Of a DNA stretch of 64,000 bases, positions 56,197-64,000 are shown one piece after another. The translations under genes were made by a program, and so were the position numbers. Numbering within the stretch: the first letter of the stretch is position 1; each line of letters opens with the position of its first letter. Origin of the DNA: Candidatus Latescibacterota bacterium (lineage in GTDB: Bacteria > Latescibacterota > UBA2968 > UBA8231); contig OZ242005.1 in the NCBI GenBank assembly GCA_965204725.1, forward strand, positions 4,256,001 to 4,320,000, read 5' to 3'. Below the pieces are notes generated by a model that was given only the letters and a program-made list of their open reading frames with translations, was not told the DNA's origin and ran no database searches.

Positions 56197-58185
56197 TCAG
56201 ACTTGGGTCAGGAAGCTACCTGTGTGGCCGGTGGCGTAGTCGATGAGCACAAACACCCCAGCGGCGACGATTTCGCCCAAGATCAGGCCCAAGAAGAAGG
56301 GCCGCAGGTTGCGGTAGAGGCGCACTCCACCGTAGCGCAGGATCACCAGCTTTAGGAACCAAGCTAGCAGAGCACTGCAAAAGATGTGGCCCGTCTTCCA
56401 ATTGGCGGCGATCGTGAATCCGAGCGGGTTGAGGGGCCACCACAGGAAGTGGTGGCGCGCCCACATGAGTGCTGCCATCACGCCCGCCCCGATGCCCATG
56501 AACTGATAGGCGTCCCAGCGCGGGCCTTCGGGTTCGGCGGCAATGCGTGGAGCCATGTCCATGGGTCCGAAGTGGGTGGACTGCCAGGAGAAGAACAGGG
56601 GGTTGAGGTTGATGCCGCCGTGCTCGTACGCCATGACCAAGGTGACGTAGGAGGAGCCCGCTAGGCTGACTAGGATGGCCAGGACAATGGCCCAAAACAG
56701 CCGATGCTTCTGGCCGCGGATCATTTCGCTCATCTTCAGCCCGTTGGCGACCGAGGCCATCACAAAGGAGCGGACCTCGGCGTGCCAGCCGTAGGAGAAG
56801 CCGAGTGCCACCAGACCTTGGGTGCCGATGGAGGAGGTGCCGACCGCGGAGATCACGAAGGTCGAGGTCATCAGGGGCGGACGCATGGCTGGGATGCCGC
56901 CCTCGGCGACGACCCGCGTCAGTGCCATGAACAGGATCATGGCGCCGAAGACGAACAGCAGGGCCACCGGGAAGGGCAGGCCGATCATCCACAGCCAGAC
57001 AGCGACGGTCAGCAGGCCGGCGAGCAACCCGAAAAACGCCTGCCGGTAGGAGAGAATCTCGCCGCTATCATCGATCGCCCGCAGCCCGACGACGGCCTTC
57101 GTCACTACATCGCGCAGGTGCCGGCGCGCCACCCACAGCCCAACGACGACGAAGGCGATCATCGCCCCGAGACCTTGGTGGGCTAGGAAGGGATCTTCTG
57201 AATAGAAGTCGATCTGCTGGGTGCTTTGCACACCGATCGTATTGAAGATGCCCCGCTGTAGCCTGACGAGGACGTAGAAAACCCAGATCGAGGCCGAGAT
57301 GTCGAGGTTGACGAAATAAAAGAACCCGGTCCAGGGCGGGCTGAACCAGAAGCTGAGCCAAGTGTTGCCGAACAAGGGTACGCCCACGGTGCGCTCGAAG
57401 TGGGGAAACTCTGGATAGTAGGAGTGTACGCCGTTGATGCTCAACAGCAGGAAGGAGACGGCAAAGCCCAGCCACATGGCCTTGTTGGTGAAGAACGAGC
57501 GGCCCACGACACCGCCTTCTTCCTGCCGGATCATCTCCATCGGCACCTGCACCAGCGCGTAGCTGAGTTTCTCGTTGTCGACCCACTGCTTGCGCAGAAT
57601 GACCATCGCGCAGATCATCGCGAAGGCAAGGGCAAGGAAGAAGCCGAACCACAGGCTCAGCGGCCCAACCCAGGCACTCCATGGGATCGAGATGCCCTCG
57701 GGCAGCCCCTCAAAAAAATAGCGGCCCACATTCTCGCCGCGCGGGATCATCCACTGGGGGATGTATTGATTGTAGAGGGAATCCCAGTTGTTCTCGGGGG
57801 TGGCATAGTAGGTCGAACCAAGGAGGCAGGGGATCATGAACTGGGTGAAGCCCATGCCGGGGATGCAGCAGGCCACTACCAGCATGATGTAGATGGTGAT
57901 CAGTTCCGCCCGGGTCAGTGCCAACCATCGGTGGAGGAGGCCGACCACAGCGCTGGCCAAGACGAGGAAGAAAAATAAGAAGAGGGCGGCCGGGGTGCTG
58001 AAGTTGAGGGTCAGGTAGGAACCTTGGATCGCATTGGTCGCGTAGGTATCGCAGATGTTGAGCACTAGAGCCAACACCGCCCCGATGAGGATGCCCCGCA
58101 GCGGGATCCCCTGTAGATCCCGCGCCTGCTGTCGGTCTCCCTGTGGAGACGCCGTCATCGGGGGCGTGGCTGGTGGTGCGTCCAT
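56197..58185 (-). CDS. Polytopic membrane protein, DUF6785/DUF6784-like putative transporter
   Basis: ILRKQWVDNEKLSY, WWPLNPLGF, RYGG..LY...RPFFLGLILGE; many TM helices. Confidence 0.75.
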   Translation of the reverse strand: MDAPPATPPMTASPQGDRQQARDLQGIPLRGILIGAVLALVLNICDTYATNAIQGSYLTLNFSTPAALFLFFFLVLASAVVGLLHRWLALTRAELITIYIMLVVACCIPGMGFTQFMIPCLLGSTYYATPENNWDSLYNQYIPQWMIPRGENVGRYFFEGLPEGISIPWSAWVGPLSLWFGFFLALAFAMICAMVILRKQWVDNEKLSYALVQVPMEMIRQEEGGVVGRSFFTNKAMWLGFAVSFLLLSINGVHSYYPEFPHFERTVGVPLFGNTWLSFWFSPPWTGFFYFVNLDISASIWVFYVLVRLQRGIFNTIGVQSTQQIDFYSEDPFLAHQGLGAMIAFVVVGLWVARRHLRDVVTKAVVGLRAIDDSGEILSYRQAFFGLLAGLLTVAVWLWMIGLPFPVALLFVFGAMILFMALTRVVAEGGIPAMRPPLMTSTFVISAVGTSSIGTQGLVALGFSYGWHAEVRSFVMASVANGLKMSEMIRGQKHRLFWAIVLAILVSLAGSSYVTLVMAYEHGGINLNPLFFSWQSTHFGPMDMAPRIAAEPEGPRWDAYQFMGIGAGVMAALMWARHHFLWWPLNPLGFTIAANWKTGHIFCSALLAWFLKLVILRYGGVRLYRNLRPFFLGLILGEIVAAGVFVLIDYATGHTGSFLTQV

Positions 58186-58214
58186 CTACTCCATCCGTTC
58201 CCGCCCACTCGTCT

Positions 58215-59273
58215 TCACTGCAACCAAGCCCGAGGGTCCAGCCCGAGGCCCCGTGCGGCTTCGACGATGTGGCTCCAAGTCGTATCGTCGATGGGGATTC
58301 CCTCTTCTTGGCGCTGGCGTCCCGTGCGGTATTCGGGGTCGCCGGGCAGCAGTATCTCGCCGATGCTCGGGTCGACGCGGCTGCTGGACACATGGCGGAT
58401 TAGGCTTTCAAGTTCGTTGAAGTAGTAGGACGTTTCTACGAAGTGTTCGATGTTGTAAACCGTAAGGTGCAACCCGTTGCTCTGCATGACGGTCTCGCCG
58501 TTGGCACAGCCCTCGCCGCTGAGGGCGCCGCCTAAGATCTCTACTATCATACTCAGGCAGTACCCTTTATAGGCCACCGGGCCGCCGAAAGGCAGGATCG
58601 CGCCGGGCGGGTCGCCGACAAATGCTTGGGGGTCGGTAGAGGAGTTGCCATCGTGGTCGATGATCCGGCCCTCGGGTAGCTGTTCTCCGCGGTTATAGGC
58701 GACGCGGACCTTGCCTTCGGCACAGACCGAGGTCGTCATGTCGATCAAGAGCGGGTCGGCGTCGCGTCGAGGAGCGGCGCAGGATATGGGGTTGGTGCTG
58801 AGCTTTCCGTCAATCCCACCGTAGGGAGCGATCTGACGCCCGAGGTGACCGGCGTTGCAAAAAGCTAGGCCGATCATGCCTTGGCGGGCGACTTGGAGCG
58901 TATAGGCTCCCACCCGGCCAACGTGCCCACAATGGCGCAAGGTAGCGGTAGCGACCCCGTACTGAGCGGCCTTGTCAATGGCTAGCTGGGTCGCAAAAGT
59001 CCCGCCGATCTGGCCCATGGTTCCACCTCCATCAACGACCACAGTACAGGGCCTTTCGCTGACAATAGAAGGCTGGCCCTTGGGATCAAAGATGCCGTCT
59101 TGGATCTGTTGGACGTATTCGTAGAGGCGCAGGCTGCCGTGCGAGTCGTGCCCGTAGAGAGAGGACTCGACTAAGTGGTCGGTCACAGCGCGGGCGCTTG
59201 CGGGAGGGCAGCCGGCCGTCTCGAAAAGCTGGTAGCCGATCTGGCGCAGGCGGTCGGGTTTGATGTGGGGCAT
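58215..59273 (-). CDS. Ldh_2 family (malate/L-lactate/sulfolactate) oxidoreductase
   Basis: GHDSHG, HVGRVG, STNPI, DMTTS, GGPVAYKG, LPGDPE. Confidence 0.9.
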   Translation of the reverse strand: MPHIKPDRLRQIGYQLFETAGCPPASARAVTDHLVESSLYGHDSHGSLRLYEYVQQIQDGIFDPKGQPSIVSERPCTVVVDGGGTMGQIGGTFATQLAIDKAAQYGVATATLRHCGHVGRVGAYTLQVARQGMIGLAFCNAGHLGRQIAPYGGIDGKLSTNPISCAAPRRDADPLLIDMTTSVCAEGKVRVAYNRGEQLPEGRIIDHDGNSSTDPQAFVGDPPGAILPFGGPVAYKGYCLSMIVEILGGALSGEGCANGETVMQSNGLHLTVYNIEHFVETSYYFNELESLIRHVSSSRVDPSIGEILLPGDPEYRTGRQRQEEGIPIDDTTWSHIVEAARGLGLDPRAWLQ

Positions 59274-60088
59274 TAGTTGGTTGCTTCCTCGAGGACGCGC
59301 TCGACTTCCCGTTCCCAAGTCCCTGCGACTCGCACACCGTATTCGGCGTTGCCACCAGTGGCTTCCGGTCCGACCAAAATGGGCTGGCCGCGTCTTTCGC
59401 CGATGAGGTTGGCGCGCTCGACGCAGGCGGTGTGCAGAAAGTGGAAGGCAAGTCCGGCGCGCTCGCGATTGGTGGTATTTGCCTTGGTAGCGTGGGCCGT
59501 GCCGTAGCAGAAGAAGGCGACGCCACCGGCCTTTAGCTCAATGGGCACGGCGCGCTCTTCGGGTACTTGGCAATGGATGTGGTGGTCGGAGTAAGGATCG
59601 CGGTCGTGCGGGTACTCCTCCTTGAAGGAGTCGTGGACGACGTGGATGGTGCCATTTTCGATGGTTGCGTCGTGAACGGCCACCCACATGGCAGTGCCCT
59701 TTAAGGGGTCGTCTATTTTGAAATAGGCGTTGTCTTGGTGCCAGTCCGTGCCGATGCCGTGGTCGGCCGGCTTGAGAAACATCTGATCTAGGTGCAAGAT
59801 GAAAGGGGTGCCGATGAGTTGTGAAACGGCCACGGTGATTTTTTCGTCAAAGGGCAGGGCGCGGATGAGATCGCTTTTGTCGTACAGGGGAATAAGTTGC
59901 AGGTTGACCTTGGTGGCAGAGGGGGTCTCGCCATCCCCTTCGGTGGCGACATTGCGGACCAAGCCCTCGCGTTTGAAACGCTCGACTTCGGCCTGCATGG
60001 CTCGGACTTCGCGGCGGTCAAAAAAGTCGGGAACCGCAGTGTAGCCGTGGTTTTTGAAGTGGGTTATTTGGGCGTGCGAGAGCGACAC
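59273..60088 (-). CDS. Phytanoyl-CoA dioxygenase (PhyH) family Fe/2-OG enzyme
   Basis: GTG start with AAGGAG SD; WHQD, distal His (TAHAT), R motif. Confidence 0.9.
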   Translation of the reverse strand: MSLSHAQITHFKNHGYTAVPDFFDRREVRAMQAEVERFKREGLVRNVATEGDGETPSATKVNLQLIPLYDKSDLIRALPFDEKITVAVSQLIGTPFILHLDQMFLKPADHGIGTDWHQDNAYFKIDDPLKGTAMWVAVHDATIENGTIHVVHDSFKEEYPHDRDPYSDHHIHCQVPEERAVPIELKAGGVAFFCYGTAHATKANTTNRERAGLAFHFLHTACVERANLIGERRGQPILVGPEATGGNAEYGVRVAGTWEREVERVLEEATN

Positions 60089-60120
60089 GGGTGGCTCCTT
60101 ACCTCGTACAGGGTGCGGGA

Positions 60121-61533
60121 CTAGGTTGTACCCTGAGATGCACGCGCCAACTCGCACAAGAGCGCGGCCGAAGTGCGAATGCCGCAGTGAAAGCTGTGCA
60201 TGGAAAAGCACTCGTTGGGGCCGTGCCAGTTGTCGGTGATTTGCCCTAGCCCAATGAGTAGGATCGGTGCCCCCGTTGCGGCGGCAATATCGACGACGAT
60301 GGGAATGGAGCCCCCCTCGCGGGTAAACACCGGCTCGACCCCGAACCCCTTGCGCATAGCCTTGAGCGCTGGCTCGACTAGTGGGTGGTCTAGGTCTAGG
60401 TAGTAAGCCGGTGAGCAATGCTGGTTTTTGAACTCGACGCGGGTGTCTGCGGGCAGCCGAGCGCGGATGTGCCCTTCGAGTGCAGCTTGAATGTGCTCAG
60501 GGTTTTGGTCGGGCACTAATCGGCAAGAGATGGCCGCTCGGGCTACGGCCGGAATGACGGTGCGCGGGCTGCCGCCGCTGAGGAGGTTGATGTCGAGCGT
60601 GGGGCGAGTCCAACGCCTTTCGAGGATGGAGTACTCCCGCTCTCCCGCCAGCGAGGGGATCCCTAAGGTGCGGCAATAGGCATCCTCGTCAGCCGCGAGG
60701 GTGGCGTAGAGGCTCTTTTCGCGGGCCGAGAGCGGCTGCACCCCCTCGTAGAAACCGGGCACAGCAATGTGCCCTTCGGCGTCAATGAGGCCGGCCAAGG
60801 CATTGGCGAGAAGTTGGTTCGGGTTGCGAACAATGCCGCCGAAAAGGCCGGAATGCACGTCCTGCGCCGGCCCAAAAACCTCGACCTCGGTATAGACAAT
60901 GCCGCGCAGCCCCAAAGTCAGCGAGGGCTGATTCGGCCCGTACATGCTGGTATCGGAAATCACCGTACAGAGCACTGGGGCAAATTCATCAAGCCCGCCC
61001 TCGGCCACAAACTGGCTCAACGCAGCGCTGCCGCACTCCTCCTCGCCTTCGATCAAGAAGACCAAATTGAACGGAAGCTGATTTCCATTGGCGAGGACGA
61101 CTTCGGCCGCCTTCAGATGGGCAAAGCTGGGCCCCTTATTGTCGCTGGCCCCCCGGGCGATGAGGAAGCCATCGCGCTCCTCAGCGGCAAAAGGATCCAC
61201 CTCCCAAGCCGAGCGCGGATTGTCCACCCCTTGCACATCGTAATGGCCATAGATCAAGACCGTAGGTCGGTCCGACGAGAACGCGGGGCTGCGAGCGAGA
61301 ACCAAGGGATTGGTCGCGGCCCGCACTTGGATCTTCTCGACCCCAAATCCCATTTGGTTGAATTGGCCGACGAGGAAGTCGGCCGCCTCGGCGAGGCCGT
61401 CGCCCGTGGCAGCATCAGCCCCCGCACTGACGCTGGGGATGCGGATAAGGGATTTCAGTTGTTCGATATAGGACCGCTGCTGCTCGTCAATGAACAGCAG
61501 TGCTTTTTCCAAGGCTGTACCTTCTTCTCGCAT
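60121..61533 (-). CDS. M20 family dipeptidase/amidohydrolase
   Basis: YGHYDVQ, ARGASDNKG, EGEEECGS, GGSIP, HGPNE. Confidence 0.92.
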   Translation of the reverse strand: MREEGTALEKALLFIDEQQRSYIEQLKSLIRIPSVSAGADAATGDGLAEAADFLVGQFNQMGFGVEKIQVRAATNPLVLARSPAFSSDRPTVLIYGHYDVQGVDNPRSAWEVDPFAAEERDGFLIARGASDNKGPSFAHLKAAEVVLANGNQLPFNLVFLIEGEEECGSAALSQFVAEGGLDEFAPVLCTVISDTSMYGPNQPSLTLGLRGIVYTEVEVFGPAQDVHSGLFGGIVRNPNQLLANALAGLIDAEGHIAVPGFYEGVQPLSAREKSLYATLAADEDAYCRTLGIPSLAGEREYSILERRWTRPTLDINLLSGGSPRTVIPAVARAAISCRLVPDQNPEHIQAALEGHIRARLPADTRVEFKNQHCSPAYYLDLDHPLVEPALKAMRKGFGVEPVFTREGGSIPIVVDIAAATGAPILLIGLGQITDNWHGPNECFSMHSFHCGIRTSAALLCELARASQGTT

Positions 61534-61712
61534 CGCGTCTCTGTTCTTTGATCGTCCTTCCCGCCCTTCAGCCTAGCCCGCTATCGCACCTCTCGGCTAG
61601 CGGTAGTGCTCTTGCTGAGGTTGGGTTTATTCATTAGGTTTTTGCAACGAAAAAGTTGAGAATCAAGTCCAGTTTGCCCGCCTTGCACACTTCCCGCAAC
61701 TGTGCAATATAA

Positions 61713-62849
<1,137 letters not shown>

Positions 62850-62929
62850 TCCTCGCCTTTAGGTGAGACAGTAAGCACGACGTGAATCCACGAGGCCCTG
62901 CGACTTAGACGGAGAGAAAGGCGAAAGGC

Positions 62930-63415
62930 ATGTTTGAAGAAGTCTGGAGAGCGTACGAAGAAAACGAGCTAAGCCACAGTGCGGCGCACCACCTGATGGC
63001 GATCCACGAGTTGCGCGAGGCACACGGCTACGCCCGCGTCTCAGATATCGCCAAGCACCTGAGCATCACCAAAGGCAGCGTCTCGACGGCCATGAAGCAC
63101 CTCAAGGAACGCGGCTATGTACAAGAAGACCTCAATCGCTTCCTCGAACTTACCGAACAGGGCTTGAAAGTGGTACAGGAGGTCGAGGAAACGCGCTTAG
63201 TCGTGCAGCGATTCCTCAGAGACGGCCTCGGTATGGACGAGGACGACGCGATGATTGACGCTTGCAAGGTCGAACACCTAATCAGCACTGAAGCGCGGAT
63301 GCGGCTGGTCCGTTTCTTGCACGTGTTGTTTTCGGAAGAACCGGCGGCTAACGGGTTTCTCCAGATGTTCCGCGAAGGTGCCCTAGAGTCCCTCAATGGC
63401 GAAGTGGAAGCGTGA
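62930..63415 (+). CDS. DtxR/MntR family metal-dependent regulator
   Basis: ARVSDIAKHLSITKGSVS, LTEQG, DACKVEHLIS. Confidence 0.88.
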   Translation: MFEEVWRAYEENELSHSAAHHLMAIHELREAHGYARVSDIAKHLSITKGSVSTAMKHLKERGYVQEDLNRFLELTEQGLKVVQEVEETRLVVQRFLRDGLGMDEDDAMIDACKVEHLISTEARMRLVRFLHVLFSEEPAANGFLQMFREGALESLNGEVEA

Positions 63416-63482
63416 CCCCTCTGCGGTCTGTTGCGGCGACCCATAGTTGCGAGTAAGGCCAGTCGAAAAACTATACTGAGTC

Positions 63483-63509
63483 GGGTCGGACCCTGTCCGG
63501 CCCTTTTTT
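63483..63509 (+). terminator. Intrinsic terminator after the MntR-like gene
   Basis: GGGTCGGAC-CCT-GTCCGGCCC followed by T6. Confidence 0.8.
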
Positions 63510-63521
63510 ATGACGAAAATC

Positions 63522-64000
63522 ATGCTGGGCTTCCTACAGCGACAGTTCCTTCCCGTTGGTCTATTGGCCGTGGCCGTGGTGGGCTTCTTCTTTCCTCGCC
63601 CGGGTCTCTACATGGCCGAGCTGCCCACTCAATACGTCGCGGTCAGTATCATCTTTCTCCTCTCGGGGCTGATGCTAAAGACCGACGAAATCCACGCCGC
63701 CCTTGCCGCGTGGAAGGCGATGTCTTGGGGGTGCGTTTCGATTCTCTTCGCCACGCCCTTTCTAGGCGCAGCGATCGCGTTCCAGCTCCCAATGGATCCC
63801 GCTTTCCAATTTGGTCTAGCCCTGTTCTGCTGCATGCCGACGACCCTGACTTCGGGCGTGGCACTGACGGCGCAGGCCCGAGGCAATGTAGCCCTAGCCC
63901 TGCTTTTGACGGTGGTGACCAATATCGCCGGCATCTTCACGGTCCCCTTCGTGTTAGCGCATCTTCTGAGTTCCCTAGGCCAAGTCGAGCTTTCGGCCGG
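63522..64000 (+). CDS. Bile acid:sodium symporter (SBF-like) family transporter, 3' truncated
   Basis: Translated by hand: MLGFLQRQFLPVGL..., IFLLSGL, CCMPTTLTSGVALT, GNVALAL; alternative in-frame ATG at 63510. Confidence 0.85.
   Translation, partial: MLGFLQRQFLPVGLLAVAVVGFFFPRPGLYMAELPTQYVAVSIIFLLSGLMLKTDEIHAALAAWKAMSWGCVSILFATPFLGAAIAFQLPMDPAFQFGLALFCCMPTTLTSGVALTAQARGNVALALLLTVVTNIAGIFTVPFVLAHLLSSLGQVELSA

Noticed and set aside
62858-62876. TTTAGGTGAG upstream of the MntR-like gene as a DtxR box
   Set aside because: Only a partial half-site with no palindromic partner

Overview
A moderately GC-rich bacterial chromosome segment. Gene content suggests an FCB-superphylum lineage such as Latescibacterota (inference). 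Positions 1-32.5 kb are mostly housekeeping: partial ctpA, RNase E/G, rplU-rpmA, sucCD, two glycosyltransferases, an XRE regulator, two tandem DUF151 nucleases, a cytochrome c maturation operon (CxxxY-type CcmE, CcmF-CcmH fusion), a TPR/sigma54-activator/DegP/PepP run, and ispE-tRNA-Gln-rplY-pth-hppA-rpsF-DUF2232-rplI. After a tRNA-Sec (32604-32702) lies a ~25 kb accessory block. Its core is two converging operons of secreted proteins: three paralogues with a P(N)xFTPNGDGxN(D/E)/FlgD-Ig C-terminal domain, two paralogous CBM9-like proteins (one ending in an SWGRIK tail), a putative large beta-barrel, a PPIase lipoprotein, a 7-heme cytochrome, and TPR and CRTAC1-type proteins. This is the best candidate for an undescribed surface secretion/assembly system. 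The window ends with Ldh_2/PhyH/M20 genes, gap, an MntR-like regulator and a partial SBF-like transporter. Other notable signals are an unannotated structured ncRNA with its own promoter and terminator (7.7-7.95 kb), a GyrA C-gate-like insertion in CtpA, and apparent CCWGG erosion. All family assignments are by motif recognition; no database searches were run.
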